From an uncultured Alphaproteobacteria bacterium (GTDB lineage Bacteria > Pseudomonadota > Alphaproteobacteria > Rhizobiales > Xanthobacteraceae), in assembly GCA_963806465.1 (NCBI GenBank), contig CAWDZD010000051.1:32810-96809 (forward strand): a stretch of DNA of 64,000 nucleotides, given 5' to 3'. Made by a program: the position numbers and the translations under genes. Below, one piece after another: positions 49,215-60,960 of the stretch. The stretch's first letter is position 1; each line of letters begins with the position of its first letter. The notes below the pieces were generated by a model. The model made no database searches, had not been told where the DNA came from, and worked only from the letters and a program-made list of their open reading frames with translations.

Positions 49215-50514
49215 TCCAGATGAGCCGCTCGGGTTTCTCGCTTAAAGCGCTATCGCACTCGATCAATCGGCCGTCCATCACGTTTGCTGCAATCGCTATA
49301 GCCTTGGCGCTAGGCGCAATGCAGTTCCCCTTCCTCCAGTATCTTCGGCCGATTGGTGATTTCTACATCGCGTTGCTCAAAATATGCGTTCTCCCGTTTT
49401 TGCTCTCGACGATACCTTTGGCAGTGCGTTCGGCCATGACCAGCGGATCGGCCGGCGGAACGCTGAGGTCGTTGGTTATTTGGATCACGATTACGATGGC
49501 GGCCGTCGCGATCGTGACGGTAGGCGTTACGAGCGCAATCTTCCATTACGCGTCCGTGGACGAACAAATGATCGCGAAGATCGGCGCATTGGTCGGGCAA
49601 TCGGCCGATGGCATCGACGTCGAATTTGCCATCAACCCAAGTCACGACCCGCAGAGCACTGGGAGCGGTGAAACCGGAATTTTTTCCGTCATTCCGACCA
49701 ACATATTCGCGGCGCTTTCGTCGAACGACAGTGTGCGTGTGCTAATATTCGCGCTTGTCTTTGGCATCGGAATGGTAATGACCGAGCGCCAATCCGGGCA
49801 TTCAATATTCGGCGCGTTGCGACACGTTCAGGCCGTCTGCATCACGATTTTTGATTGGTTCAGCCTCCTGGTGCCGATAGGGATTGTGGCTCTAATTGCT
49901 CCACAGGTTGCGCTGTTGGGGCCAGATGCCTTCACCGTCCTTGCGCTATTTGGCTACGCATTTTTTGCAACGAGCTTTCTCCTGTTGTCGTGCGCCATAT
50001 TGGTTTGTGCACTGTCGCTACGAGCGCCCCCGGGCGCAGTATTTGCTGCCTTGCTGAAGCCTATGATGCTTGGTGCATCGACGCGCAACAGCTGATCTGC
50101 ATTCCCATCGCGTTAGAGGCGTTGAAGGACGATCTAAAGATAAAACGAGAGACATGTGATCTCTTCATTCCTCTGGGTTTTGCCACCATCCGGTTCGGGA
50201 CCATTGTGTATTTTATTGTAGCAACAGCGTTCATGGGTACGTTGATGGGCCGTCCGTTTGGTTTGGCTGATCTTGGCTTGGTCGCGGCATTTTCGATAGC
50301 GGCTGCCTTCGCGACGCTTGGTCTTAACGGTCTCGCTGCTCTGGCGCCGCTCGCGGTCGTCCTGCGCCCGTTCGGGCTCTCGTATGAGGTTGCAGTCCCA
50401 CTAATGATAATAATTGATCCGCTTGCGGAACTGGTTCGGGTTATGTTGAACGTCGCAATCAATTGTATGATTCCTACACTCGCGACAAGGCGAGAAGCCA
50501 AACAGACGCTGTAA
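49211..50514 (+). pseudogene. Dicarboxylate/amino acid:cation symporter (DAACS, GltP-like), split by an apparent 1-nt deletion near 50085-50095
   Basis: ORF 49211..50095 ends ...KPMMLGASTRNS*. The -1 frame continues LICIPIALEALKDDLKIKRETCDLFIPLGFATIRFGT..., which is the expected ASS..T.P...E / PLGATIN region. ATGA overlap with the binding-protein gene. Confidence 0.8.
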
Positions 50515-50659
50515 ACATTAAGTTTCGTCCGTCGGGAGGCGATGTGTGGCGACAAGCCTGTTCGTTTACGGCCGCATCATAGTCGGTGCTGGCGATCAAA
50601 CCGCATCACCTCTGCCCGCGAACAGTTTGACGACATCTTACTGCGCGCCTCAACGAGCG

Positions 50660-51959
50660 CTAACGCATTTTCAGGATGATGACCTGATCGCTAGTTGGAT
50701 CGGTCGTCTTGCGGAGTTTAGCGACCTCCGCCGCTGTGACCGCCGGCGCCTGGTTGCCCCACCCATTGCGGATGAAAGTGACAACGTCGGCGATCTCCTG
50801 GTCGGAGTGCTGCTGCCGGAATTGCGGCATGCGATAGGGGTCCGGAGTCCCTTTGACGACCAGCGGATTCGAGCCGTTCAGCACCAGGTTGATTAGCGAT
50901 GACGGGTCGGTGTCGAGCACGATCGGATTGCCAGCGAGTGCCGGTGTGTACGGGCCGAAGCCCTTGGCGTCGAATCCATGACAGTTCACGCAGGTGCCGG
51001 CGTAGATGATCGCGCCTGGTTGCGACGCGTGGCCGGAACGCAGCGCCGCCGTTGTCGCGTCGTCATAGGCGACAGGCTGCTGTGGGGCGGTCGCCGGCAG
51101 CGATTTCAGATAGACCGCGATCGCGTTGATATCGCTGTCCGACAGGTACGGCGTGCTATTGTTGACGACGTCGATCATCGAGCCGAACGCCGTCTCGGCT
51201 CGATTGTGTCCGTTTTTGAGAAAGTCGGTGAGATCGTCCTTCGACCAGGTGCCAAGGCCGGTGCGAATGTCGCCGCGCAGGTCGGGCGCGTACCATGCGT
51301 CCAGCAGCGCTCCGGAGAGATAGGCCGGCCTGCTCTCGTCGAGCGCCTTTTCCTGCCAGGCAAAGCCGCGCGGGGTGTGGCAGGCGCCGCAATGGCCGAA
51401 GCCCTGTACCAGATAGGCGCCTCTATTCCAGTCGGCGTCATGGTCGCTCTTGACGACATAGCTGCCACTGGTGGTGAACACGAAACTCCAGATCGCAAGC
51501 GGCCAGCGGAAACTCAGGAGAAGCGGGAATTTCGTTCTGCAAATTCTGCTGGCGAACCGGTGGCACCTGTTTCATAAAGAAACCATAGAGCGCCGCCACG
51601 TCGGTGTCGGTCAGCTTGGCGTAAGACGGATAAGGCATCGCCGGATAGAGCCAATGACCGTCCTTGGCGACGCCCCGCCGTAGCGCGCGATCGAAATCGG
51701 CAAGCGTGTAGCCGCCGATGCCGGTGTCGGGGTCCGGCGTGATATTGGTCGAATAAATGTTGCCGAGCGGTGAGCCCATTTTCAGCCCGCCAGAGAATGC
51801 CTGGCCTCCCGGTACCGAATGACAGGACACGCAATCGCCGGCCCGCGCCAGATATTCACCGGGATTGCCGGGAGGATTGATGTTTTCGTCTGCCCACGAT
51901 GTTGAAACTGCGAAGAGCAAAAGCAGACCGCAGCAGAATCCTCTTGAGATTATCGTCAC
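50660..51959 (-). pseudogene. Tri-heme cytochrome c subunit of the molybdo-dehydrogenase, split by an apparent 1-nt insertion near 51525-51535
   Basis: GTG 51959 follows GAGGAGG. Three CxxCH motifs are present (CVSCH, CGACH, CVNCH). The upstream frame ends usefully at ...QNLQNEI. The next frame continues FPLLLSFRWPLAIWSFVFTTSGSY into ORF 50660..51481. Confidence 0.8.
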
Positions 51960-52054
51960 GTCCCCTGCCTCCTCAGCAGACGTCGCTCCGCTAATTTTCG
52001 AAATTGGCGGGGGTGGTCGTCGCCGCCCCTCGCGCCGTGTGTGCGATGCGCCGG

Positions 52055-54253
52055 CTATGCCGACCCGGCCAGATCGTGATCGCTGATTGGAAGCGAACGG
52101 AGGCGCTTGCCGGTGGCGGCAAAGATTGCGTTCGCCACCGCGGCGGGGATCGGCGGGGTTGCGGGCTCGCCCGCGCCGCCCCAGACCTTGCCGCCGCTCG
52201 GCACCAGATGGACGTCGATCTTCGGCGCCTCGGCAAGGCGCACCATGCGGTAGGTATCGAAATTGCCCTGCACCGGCGCGCCGTCCTTGATCGTGATCTT
52301 GCCGTAGAGCGCGGCGGTCAAACCATAGATCACGGCGCCCTCGGCCTGTTCGGCGATGGTCAACGGATTGACCATGTAGCGGGTATCGAGCGCGACCGTG
52401 ACGCGATTGACCTTCACCTGGCCGTCCGGCTTGACAGTGACCTCGGCGACTTGCGCGCACAGGCTGTCGCAATCCGTGCAGATGGCGATGCCGCGGCCGC
52501 TGCCTTTTGGCAACGGCTTGCCCCAATCTCCCTTCTCCGCGACGGTATCCAACACCTTGAGCCAGTCGGCCTTGCCCTCCAGCAGCTTGCGCCGCATCCG
52601 GTAGGGATCGATGCCGCTTGCCGCCGCCATCTCGTCGAGGAAGCTCTCGATGGCGAAGATATGCTGGTTGACGCCGGGCGCGCGCCAGAACCACACCGGC
52701 AAGTGCGTGTTCTTGACCAGCGATTCCACGCGCACATTCGGCACGTTGTAGCCGTTGTCGGCCAGTCCGGCGACGGTTTGCGGCTCGACTTTATTGACCG
52801 GACGCGGAATGCCGACCGAATTGAAGATCGACGAGGTCACGACGCGCATCGACCATGCAGTCGGCATTCCGTCGGCTCCGACGGCGGCCTTAAAGCCGAC
52901 CACCGCGTGCGGCCGGAACTTATCCTGGCGGGTATCCTCTTCGCGCGTCCAGACAAGCTTCACCGGGCGCTGAACCGCTTTGGCGATGGCGATGGCTTGT
53001 TTGACCTCGTCGTTTGCGTCGCGGCGGCCGAAGCCGCCGCCGAGGAAGCCGTTGTGGACATAGACTTGCTCCGGTTTCAGGTCGGATGCCTTCGCCGCCG
53101 CTTCGAGTGCCTCGCCCGCGTCTTGCGTTCCGACCCACACGTCGAGCCGGTCGGGCTGCAAATTCACGGTCGCATTCATCGGCTCCATTGGCGAATGGGA
53201 CAGATAAGGCGTCTCGTAGATGGCCTCGAATGTCTTGACCGCGCCTGAGAAGACCTGATCGACGTTGCCGTCGTTGCGCGCGGTCAGCATGGGCTCGTTG
53301 AGCGCGGCGCGAAACATCTGCGAGAGCTTGTCGCTGTCGACCCTGCCCGCTGCACCGACGTCCCACTCCAGTTGCAGCCGGGACAGCGCCCGCTTGGCGC
53401 GCCAATAGGTATCGGTCGCCACTACGGCCACAGCGTTCGGAAGCTTCACCACCTTGAGCACGCCCGGTGCCCCGTTGAGCACCGACTCGTCAACGCTCTT
53501 GAGCTTGCCGCCGGGGACGGGGCAAGCCGTGATTGCGGCGAAAACCATGCCTGGAACTTGCGCGTCGATGCCGAATTTGCCCGATCCATCGGTCTTGTGG
53601 ACCACATCGACCCGCGGCAGCGACTTGGGGATGAAGGTGAATTGAGCGGGCGTTTTGATCGCCGGCTCGGCCGCGAGCGTAATCTTCGCCGCGTCAGCCG
53701 CGAGTTCGCCGAAACGTAGGCTCTGACCCGAAGGTTTATGAGTCACCACGCTCTGTGCTGCCGAGCATTCAGATGCTGGAACGTTCCAGCGCGCCGCGGC
53801 GGCGGCAATGAGACGCTCGCGCGCGCTGGCGCCAACCTGCTGAACCTTCTTTTGCGATGTCCGTACTGACATACTGCCGTGCGAGAACATCAGACCATAG
53901 ACCTTATTCTCCCGCAGATTCCGGTTCGGTGAGGCATATTCGATCCGCACCTTCGACCAGTCGCACTGCAGTTCCTCGGCGATCATCATCGGCAGCGCCG
54001 TCATGCTGCCTTGCCCCATCTCCGATCGCTGATAGCGGATCAGAATTGAGTTGTCCGGATCGATCGCGATCCACGCATCGATATCGTTCGGACTATAGGC
54101 GTTTTCATCACTCCCAGGCGCTATCCCGACAGTCGCGGCGCCGGCGGCGCGTGGCATGGCGCCGATACCGATCAGGAAACCGCCGGCGGCGGTTGCGGCG
54201 GTGAGGATGAAGTGGCGGCGGCTGAGAGTTGAAGCGACGTGGGTTCCGTGCAT
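52055..54253 (-). CDS. Molybdopterin-binding large subunit of an aldehyde / isoquinoline oxidoreductase-type enzyme (IorB-like), Tat-exported
   Basis: Tat leader [19 protein letters not shown]. 732 aa with the xanthine-dehydrogenase-family pattern ([18 protein letters not shown]). GGGAGG SD. Confidence 0.9.
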   Translation of the reverse strand: MHGTHVASTLSRRHFILTAATAAGGFLIGIGAMPRAAGAATVGIAPGSDENAYSPNDIDAWIAIDPDNSILIRYQRSEMGQGSMTALPMMIAEELQCDWSKVRIEYASPNRNLRENKVYGLMFSHGSMSVRTSQKKVQQVGASARERLIAAAAARWNVPASECSAAQSVVTHKPSGQSLRFGELAADAAKITLAAEPAIKTPAQFTFIPKSLPRVDVVHKTDGSGKFGIDAQVPGMVFAAITACPVPGGKLKSVDESVLNGAPGVLKVVKLPNAVAVVATDTYWRAKRALSRLQLEWDVGAAGRVDSDKLSQMFRAALNEPMLTARNDGNVDQVFSGAVKTFEAIYETPYLSHSPMEPMNATVNLQPDRLDVWVGTQDAGEALEAAAKASDLKPEQVYVHNGFLGGGFGRRDANDEVKQAIAIAKAVQRPVKLVWTREEDTRQDKFRPHAVVGFKAAVGADGMPTAWSMRVVTSSIFNSVGIPRPVNKVEPQTVAGLADNGYNVPNVRVESLVKNTHLPVWFWRAPGVNQHIFAIESFLDEMAAASGIDPYRMRRKLLEGKADWLKVLDTVAEKGDWGKPLPKGSGRGIAICTDCDSLCAQVAEVTVKPDGQVKVNRVTVALDTRYMVNPLTIAEQAEGAVIYGLTAALYGKITIKDGAPVQGNFDTYRMVRLAEAPKIDVHLVPSGGKVWGGAGEPATPPIPAAVANAIFAATGKRLRSLPISDHDLAGSA

Positions 54254-54264
54254 CGCGACCTCCC

Positions 54265-54720
54265 TTAAGCTTTCATCATGTCGGCGGCGCGATAAACGGC
54301 GCGGCGCAGACGTTCATAGGTTCCGCACCGGCAGATATTCGTGATGTTAGCGTCGATATCGGCATCGGTCGGACTGGGAAAGTCTTTCAAGAATGCGACG
54401 GTGGCCATGATCTGCCCTGACTGACAGTAGCCGCATTGCGGAACATCTTCCGCGATCCAGGCGCGCTGCACCGGATGGCTGTTGTCCGGCGAGAGGCCCT
54501 CGATGGTTGTGATTTTCGCGCCATTGAGCGCGCCAATCGGCACCGAGCAGGAACGCATCGGCCTGCCGTCGATATGGACAGTGCAAGCGCCGCATTGCGC
54601 GATACCGCAGCCGAATTTCGTGCCGGTCAAGCCAACCATGTCGCGCAATACCCAGAGCAGCGGCGTATCGGGCTCAATGTTAATTTGTCGGGATATTCCG
54701 TTGACTTGGATCGTGATCAC
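54265..54720 (-). CDS. [2Fe-2S]-binding small subunit (IorA-like)
   Basis: Start set to GTG 54720 after [29 protein letters not shown] and CRCGTY cluster motifs are present. Confidence 0.9.
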   Translation of the reverse strand: MITIQVNGISRQINIEPDTPLLWVLRDMVGLTGTKFGCGIAQCGACTVHIDGRPMRSCSVPIGALNGAKITTIEGLSPDNSHPVQRAWIAEDVPQCGYCQSGQIMATVAFLKDFPSPTDADIDANITNICRCGTYERLRRAVYRAADMMKA

Positions 54721-55005
54721 CGTGTCTCTCCTCGAGCTATGGCTAAAAACCGCGGTCAAGCGTGTCCCGTTCCTCGCGAGCTAGGTCTATTCGCTGCTTC
54801 GTTCTTCACGCCTGGCGAAGGTGGAGGAAATGAACGTCAATACGGGCTGCCACGCGTTGGTCTTCCTTATGATAGGTGCTTGAGGACGCCATTTCATGGG
54901 GGACTTATCCAGACAGTCCAAGGTTGAAATTGCTACTGCGCTCGCCGGCTTTGGAGGAGGCCGAACGCTGGATCGCCGCGCGGCCGCGTAAAAATCAATG
55001 GATAG

Positions 55006-55093
55006 GACGCGATGTCGCTTATTGGCCCTTAGCGTCATTTCGCATTCACGCCTTGAACGATCGCTCTTGGCGCAACAACGGACATCGGGCGGC
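55006..55093 (+). repeat. Dispersed ~85-nt repeat, copy 1
   Basis: gcgatgtcgcttattggccc...N~55...acggacatcgggcgg. Compare 56863-56948. Confidence 0.55.
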
Positions 55094-55209
55094 ACAGGCG
55101 CGGAATCCATCGGTAGCGTTTGACCCAAACCGACATGGGCCATCGTGCGCCGTTCTGTATCTAGGCCGGAACCGTACGACCCTTTCGTGAAGCGGGCCAG
55201 ATCCCGCCG

Positions 55210-56058
55210 TTACGCCACGCGGCCGCGGGCAAAATAGAGTGAAGTGTAGCTACAAGTCGTTGGATCGTCGTAGTGCGCGAGAAAGCGATCGAAGAAGGCG
55301 TCCGCTTTTGTTTCCGAGCCGACGATGCGGGCGACGTGCGGGCGGGCGGCGCGAAATTGCGTCTGCCAATTTTGCCGCCGTTGCGGGTCGATGCTGCCGA
55401 CGACGGTGAATAGCGTGTCGGTCTGCATTTCGACGCCTACGTCGCGAAAGCCTAGCGAGACCATGATTGGCGCCACCTTGCGCCCAATATTGACATCGAC
55501 CAATGTGCCCATGAGATCGCGAATTTCTCGCTCGAAGTTAGGTGCGATTGGATGGTGTTCGATGCCAAAGCCGACGTAATCGCAGGAAACAACAAAACCG
55601 CCCGGTTTAGTGACCCGCTTCATTTCCGCGAGCGCGCTGCGCGGTTCTCTCAACCACTGCATCAGGTACTTGCTCCAAACCAAGTCAAAGCAGGCGTCGG
55701 GAAACGGCAGCGCAAAAACATCGCCGCTCTGGAACGTGAGGTTGAGGATGCCCTCCTCAAGAGCCCGCGCCCTGGCGAAATCAAGATATTGCTCCCGCAC
55801 ATCGACGCCGACGACTTCGGCTTGCGGGAACGATCTGGCGATAAGCCTCGACATCGACCCCGAGCCGCAGCCGACGTCAAGCACGCGGCTATGGGACGAT
55901 ATCGGCAGGTGCCGCAAATGCCCTTCTATGTTTGCTAGCCGAGCCTGCGACTCAAGGCGTTGGCACTCTTCGTTGCTGTGAATGACGTAGGGCAACGACT
56001 CTCGGGACACCCGGAGGCTTCGATCAGCGCGGCGGCATCGTCGGTTTACGGTCTGCAT
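55210..56058 (-). CDS. Class I SAM-dependent methyltransferase
   Basis: VLDVGCGSGSMS (motif I), DLVWSKYLMQWL and KPGGFVV. Start trimmed to ATG 56058, which clears the upstream ORF that ends at 56111. Confidence 0.85.
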   Translation of the reverse strand: MQTVNRRCRRADRSLRVSRESLPYVIHSNEECQRLESQARLANIEGHLRHLPISSHSRVLDVGCGSGSMSRLIARSFPQAEVVGVDVREQYLDFARARALEEGILNLTFQSGDVFALPFPDACFDLVWSKYLMQWLREPRSALAEMKRVTKPGGFVVSCDYVGFGIEHHPIAPNFEREIRDLMGTLVDVNIGRKVAPIMVSLGFRDVGVEMQTDTLFTVVGSIDPQRRQNWQTQFRAARPHVARIVGSETKADAFFDRFLAHYDDPTTCSYTSLYFARGRVA

Positions 56059-56110
56059 GTCGAGCAAATCGGTCACGGTCTGGACGTCGAGTAAAATCGA
56101 CAAATGGTGA

Positions 56111-56485
56111 TCAAGCAACTGAACATAGCGCAGGTTGTTGCTTTTCGAACATGTCCTCATCCCTCGGTCTAACAGCGACAACCTGTTTCGTTTTCGTTTT
56201 CTTTTGGGAAACCCGGATCGTCCGCGACCACGCATCGATCAGTTCGATCAGCTCGTTCGCAAGCTCAAATCGCTCACCAGAGCCGGAATGCAGAACCAAA
56301 ATCAGTTTCTCTTCCAGAGTTCGTAACGCGTTGATCTGCTGATTCCCATCGCCAAATACCGAAAGCAAGTCGTCGATGGCTTTCTGTGCGACGGCAAGCG
56401 CGGTTGGGCCGCCCGCGCTCGCCAACGTGTCCATGAGCACTTGCGGGACGGAGGTGTTTGGACCGTGTATAGCTTCGGACCGCAT
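56111..56485 (-). CDS. Hypothetical protein (124 aa)
   Basis: Non-overlapping with the methyltransferase and co-oriented with it. No family recognised. Confidence 0.45.
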   Translation of the reverse strand: MRSEAIHGPNTSVPQVLMDTLASAGGPTALAVAQKAIDDLLSVFGDGNQQINALRTLEEKLILVLHSGSGERFELANELIELIDAWSRTIRVSQKKTKTKQVVAVRPRDEDMFEKQQPALCSVA

Positions 56486-56862
56486 CTACCAACCCCGGGG
56501 GCGTAAGGGCTCAACTGACGTGAACCTCGTACGCGCTAGCGATGATCGTGGCTCAGATAGCGATTTGGTCACAATAAAATCATAAGACTTTATCGGAGCT
56601 ATTAACGGAAGGTTGGTGGGAAAGTTAAAGCAGGTTAGCCATGCGCTGAATCGACTGTATAGCTGCTTATGCCAATTTACCGCCAAACCGCCGCAGCCGC
56701 GAGCTTAGCAACAGGGCGGATCGGGCCAGCCAAAGAACCGAGGTTGACAAATCTGCGCGGGCGAAATCGGCGCGAAGTCGGCGATTCGCACGACAGACAG
56801 CCCCCGAGATAGTCGCTGTCGACAGGCATTCTGCTACGCGCCGGACGTGATCGAATAGCGGG

Positions 56863-56948
56863 CTGCGATGTCGCTTCCTGGCCCATCGGCGACATCACTC
56901 GATGTCTGCCGTTTGGTCGCTGTTGGAGGCGAAGCGGACATCGAGCGG
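56863..56948 (+). repeat. Dispersed ~85-nt repeat, copy 2
   Basis: gcgatgtcgcttcctggccc...N~55...gcggacatcgagcgg. Confidence 0.55.
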
Positions 56949-57536
56949 ACGTTGCCGAAAGACCCTCTATTCAGGGCGCATTAAGGCGCTAGCAACCGGC
57001 AGGACCTACGGTTCCATCGGGGACGGTGGGCTAGCATTTCCTACCCTAGTCCAAACCGTAACCGGCCTCGGCGCGGGTCGTGAGCCCCGCGTCGGGGCTT
57101 TGAACACCTAGTCGGCCGCAGTTTTTTTGCAGCGCGTAATGCCACAAATACTCAAGACCAAAGACGATTGCGGCGCATGATCTTGGATGAAGTTAGAGGT
57201 TATGTTGTTTGCCCAGAAGGGACCGACGTTACGATCAGAGCAGATCCTGATTATGGATGGACAGCGGATGTCCTGCCGCCACCCGGAAGCCTTATCGCTC
57301 ACGCCGACTGTGTTCACTACATCAGCCATGTCGTTCGAAGGCTGAGGGTAGACTTCGACTTACTGCCGTCCGACTAGGCGGAGCCAAAATCGGCTTATTG
57401 GTCCAACCGCGGTTGCGTGGCCCGTCTGCCACTGCGCGCAACACCTCGTTGCTCAGCAAATGAGTTTGAGTCATAGTGAAGCGACGGTGCTTTGGCTTTT
57501 TTCCAAGTCAAGAACAAAATGACTAGGGGGATGGAA

Positions 57537-57740
57537 ATGAGCAAATACTTGCTGACGCCGGAACAGCACAGGAAGCGCGCGCGGCGACTACGGCAATGGC
57601 CTCGATATAGCCACGCTGCGGAGCTGCATGAGCTTGCCGCCGCCATGCAGGAAAGGCTCGCAAAAGCCAGAGACACCGTTGCCTGCCATTGGCAGCCAAC
57701 TGCGCCGAGTATTAAGTCGATGAGTGATACAACGCTCTGA
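57537..57740 (+). CDS. Small hypothetical protein (67 aa)
   Basis: ATG 57537 follows GGGGGA. MSKYLLTPEQHRKRARRLRQWPRYSHAAELHELAAAMQERLAKARD. Confidence 0.4.
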   Translation: MSKYLLTPEQHRKRARRLRQWPRYSHAAELHELAAAMQERLAKARDTVACHWQPTAPSIKSMSDTTL

Positions 57741-58093
57741 CTTAGCTGTGGCCATGGATTTGATTTCCCTCAGTAGTAGGTGAGCGGTGGCCGAGCTGGA
57801 TGGCCGTTCCCTGGGCCTCTAAACGGCCCGGCATTCCACGCGTTTAGCCCGCAGTTATGATAAGATCACGCGGGGACGGTGGGAATAACGCACCCCCGCC
57901 GTAACCAAGGCGCCGATGACAGCATCTCAATGCGCGCGTCGGCGCCCCTCAGACAGCACGACCACGTTGTCGGCGCTAAACGCCTGCAAGGCGGCCATGT
58001 CAGATAGGAGGCGATTTTCTCGCCATTCAGTCCCGTTCTTGACTTGCACGCCCAAAAGCTCACGCTATCACAAGTATCGGAGGACCGTATCGA

Positions 58094-58222
58094 ATGTCCA
58101 AGAAAAACAAAGAAGTGCGGAAGGCGGTCAAAAAGGCGAAAAAGGCAGCCAAAAAGATCAGGAAGAACGACGACAAGGTCGACACGTCGAGTGTGTCGCC
58201 AAAGACACAATTTTCAACGTGA
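58094..58222 (+). CDS. Possible 42-aa Lys-rich peptide
   Basis: GGAGGA SD 9 nt upstream. MSKKNKEVRKAVKKAKKAAKKIRKNDDKVDTSSVSPKTQFST. Below the ORF-track size cutoff. Confidence 0.3.
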   Translation: MSKKNKEVRKAVKKAKKAAKKIRKNDDKVDTSSVSPKTQFST

Positions 58223-58359
58223 GCAAATATTCCGCTTCTCACTGTTGTCGTTCGTGGCGAGTTTGATCGCGGCCTCTTGCGCACCCCCCTCAGCGCGACC
58301 GCGTCTCCTCAGAGTGTTTCTGTGGTGCAACGTCGTCGCTATCCGCCGCTGAGTGCGTG

Positions 58360-58866
58360 CTAGGCCGTCCGTGCAAGATAAGTGGCAAGCTGATCGAACG
58401 TGACGCCCCAGGTCGCCTGCATGCCGACGTGGGAGACGTCGAACGCTTTTTGCTCCACTTTGGTGGCGTTGTGCGGCGTCCAGCGGACGTTGAGCCTGGT
58501 CTTGCCGCCGGGCTCGTCTTCGAGCTTGACCATGACCCGCGTTTCCCGCGGCCAAGTCGGCACGATCGGATGACGGGTGATCTCACCGGCCTGGTTGGAA
58601 AACGAGTTGATGAACACGATCCGCTCCGGCGGGACGATCTCCTGATAGACGTATTTGGCCCACATTTTATAACCCTCGCCGGACTGCATGCCGATGTGGA
58701 AGAAGCCGCCGGGGCGAAAATCCATGTTCATCGCGATCATGGTGAAGGTCGCCGGCGTCAACCATTCCTTCAAGCGCTCCGGGTCGGTCAGCGCTTGCCA
58801 GACGCGCTCGCGGGGGGCGTCGAGGATCCGGAAAATGGCGAAGTCCACACCACCGGCACTCGTCAT
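58360..58866 (-). CDS. SRPBCC-superfamily protein (AHSA1 / activator of Hsp90 ATPase homolog-like domain)
   Basis: ILDAPRERVWQALTDPERLKEWL...GGFFHIGMQSGEGYKMWAKYVYQEIVPPERIVF. Confidence 0.85.
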   Translation of the reverse strand: MTSAGGVDFAIFRILDAPRERVWQALTDPERLKEWLTPATFTMIAMNMDFRPGGFFHIGMQSGEGYKMWAKYVYQEIVPPERIVFINSFSNQAGEITRHPIVPTWPRETRVMVKLEDEPGGKTRLNVRWTPHNATKVEQKAFDVSHVGMQATWGVTFDQLATYLARTA

Positions 58867-58947
58867 ATACGCCCCCACGATTGCTGATGCCGGGACTTAG
58901 TCTGCCATAAGGACCATCCAGCCGACACGGAATTTGCCGGGTCGTCC

Positions 58948-59175
58948 TTAATATCGGTACTCTGAGTCTCCTGCATTCTTTTGCTTCTGCTGTTCTTCGA
59001 CGATCAAACGATCAAGATAGTTCCGCCGCTCTTCATCGGTCGCGGTCTTGAGTAGGCGGCGATACCGCTCGACATTCTGATGGCGAGTGAATTTGTCCTG
59101 AGCCTTCGCTGTCACCGAGCAGTGCGCGGCAAAGTGCGAGTACGATTTGACCTTGTAGTCCGGTGGCGGTGGCAT
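58948..59175 (-). CDS. Small hypothetical protein (75 aa)
   Basis: GGAGAA SD. A charged helical C-terminus (ERYRRLLKTATDEERRNYLDRLIVEEQQKQ). Confidence 0.5.
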   Translation of the reverse strand: MPPPPDYKVKSYSHFAAHCSVTAKAQDKFTRHQNVERYRRLLKTATDEERRNYLDRLIVEEQQKQKNAGDSEYRY

Positions 59176-59474
59176 CTGTTCTCCAATTCGCGATCAGTAG
59201 TTTCCGTGTAACTCCGTATGAGGTCTGGTCAAAAGGGACCATCTGGCAAGGCGGCGGGCTCAGTGCTGCGGTATCGTCTGGGGCCGATCGCTGCAGCCTC
59301 ACTACGGACACACCGCTATGACTAGACCTCCCAAGCCCAAGCCGCCACCACCACGGTCTCCGCGGCCGCCAGCGCCGCCACCAGGGCCAATAAGCCCCCC
59401 AGCCGGGCTGCTTTAGGCCCACCAAGGTCCCCGCCACCACGCGGCAGCTCGGCTATGTTGGCGTCGGAAACGTC

Positions 59475-59663
59475 TCACAGTGTATGCGGCGGCCCGCCCA
59501 GCAGCTTGAGCTTAGCGGCCAATGCCGCGATACGCAGATCCGCTTCGGCCCGCGTGATGTTGGGCTTATATGCGTCTAGCTCGTAAGCGGCCGTCGCCAA
59601 CCGCTTGAGCGTTGCAGCCTGCTCAGCTGTCATTGGCTGGACGTCGTCCGGTGCGCGTTGCAT
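59475..59663 (-). CDS. DUF3072-like small protein
   Basis: MQRAPDDVQPMTAEQAATLKRLATAAYELDAYKPNITRAEADLRIAAL. An alternative start lies at 59732. Confidence 0.55.
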   Translation of the reverse strand: MQRAPDDVQPMTAEQAATLKRLATAAYELDAYKPNITRAEADLRIAALAAKLKLLGGPPHTL

Positions 59664-60179
59664 CGCTGCATAATACCCGATTAGACGCGGCGCGGCGAAC
59701 CGGTGTTCTTCGGGGCAAAGGCTTTCAGCCATTTGCCGACGACTACTCTAGCGCTTCAGCATCTCCGGCAGCTTGGCGATGTTGGCGGCGAAGCGAACGG
59801 GCAATCACTCTCCGTGATCCCCCTCAAACACATGCTGTCGAAAGTTGCGGGCCTCGGGGCTTGGTACCGGGGCGTCCATGATGAAGAACGCCGCCTCCTG
59901 CAAAGCCTCCACTACCTGGGCCTTCTCCAGCCGCCCCGGACAGAGCGAAATGGTATCCCTCTGCGTATAGTATCGAAGGCAACGTCGCCCGCTTCGTCAT
60001 ACACGATAACTCGCATTGGCAATGTTCCCCAAACGCACGATGGCTGCACATCAACGTATAGGAGCTAGGAAAGTTGCCGGGCCACTGCGCCGCGCGCCTC
60101 GTCTTTGTTGGCCGCAGCACGGCGACTAGAATTTAACTTCTTTAGGGCGCATAATAATTCTGAGTTGGGAGGCGTGCTG

Positions 60180-60332
60180 ATGCCTCTGACAGGCGCAATC
60201 CCGGAAGGCCGGAGCTTCTTTTGCCCCCAGTGCGGAGCCCTTTATGCTGTGACGTATTCGCGACTTTCCAACAGCGACAGCAATGTCGCTAGGTGCGTAG
60301 TCTGCGGGCAAATCATGGACAAATGGGATTAA
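60180..60332 (+). CDS. Small zinc-ribbon-like protein (50 aa)
   Basis: GGGAGG SD. FFCPQCGALYAV...CVVCGQ. Confidence 0.45.
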   Translation: MPLTGAIPEGRSFFCPQCGALYAVTYSRLSNSDSNVARCVVCGQIMDKWD

Positions 60333-60599
60333 CCAAGGTGCCTACCTTCAAGCTCATTCATCGACCTGAAGATCACTAATCGCCGCTCAGGCTCAATCAG
60401 ATTGACCGCCCGGCGCGCCGACGGATGGACGCGGGATGTTGCATCCGCCAGTTTCGCCTGATCCGCAGCACCGTGCCGACGCCGGTCTGTTAGCTCGCGG
60501 GCAATGCGTCGAATGCCCTTTTTCTCTGCCAGCGCTGCCTTGGCCGCCCTTTTCATGCCACGTGCCTGTCGGACGTAAGCCGCAGGCTCTAGCGTTTCG

Positions 60600-60890
60600 T
60601 CAGATGGGGCGCTTTTTTTCGGGCGCCCTTTTTCTTTGTTGATGGTGCGCGGCCGGTTTTACTCGTTGGGAGCCCTCACGCGCGCGTGGATCCGGGCGCG
60701 CCGCTTGCCGCAAAACAAAATATTTGAGCCTGAATTTGCCTTCGCAGGCGGGGATCGGCGCGTGACAAGTACGGCAGGTGACCCAACTATCAATGACCAC
60801 CGGTCCCGCTCCCGTTTTAACGACGTGATAAAGGGTGTTGCAGCTCGGGCAATTGAAATGAACGGCCTTATATTTGGCCATGATATCCAT
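60600..60890 (-). CDS. Small zinc-ribbon-like protein with a basic tail
   Basis: FNCPSCNTLYHV...CRTCHAPIPACEG. The start is uncertain (60890 or 60881). Confidence 0.45.
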   Translation of the reverse strand: MDIMAKYKAVHFNCPSCNTLYHVVKTGAGPVVIDSWVTCRTCHAPIPACEGKFRLKYFVLRQAARPDPRAREGSQRVKPAAHHQQRKRAPEKKRPI

Positions 60891-60960
60891 GCCCCAACTC
60901 ATTGGCCTAGGGTCACCATAGCAGACCGTGCGGGGCGCTGACGAATTGACCTGATGGTTC

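Noticed and set aside
51960-52694. N-terminal 245 residues of ORF 51438..52694
   Set aside because: This part overlaps the 3' end of the molybdopterin-subunit gene in another frame and is Arg/Gly-rich junk. The real cytochrome c start is GTG 51959, behind GAGGAGG.
59318-59419. 33-aa proline-rich ORF MTRPPKPKPPPPRSPRPPAPPPGPISPPAGLL
   Set aside because: It has no ribosome-binding site. The opposite-strand frames are equally open. The composition is explained by a GC-rich CCN/GGN tract.
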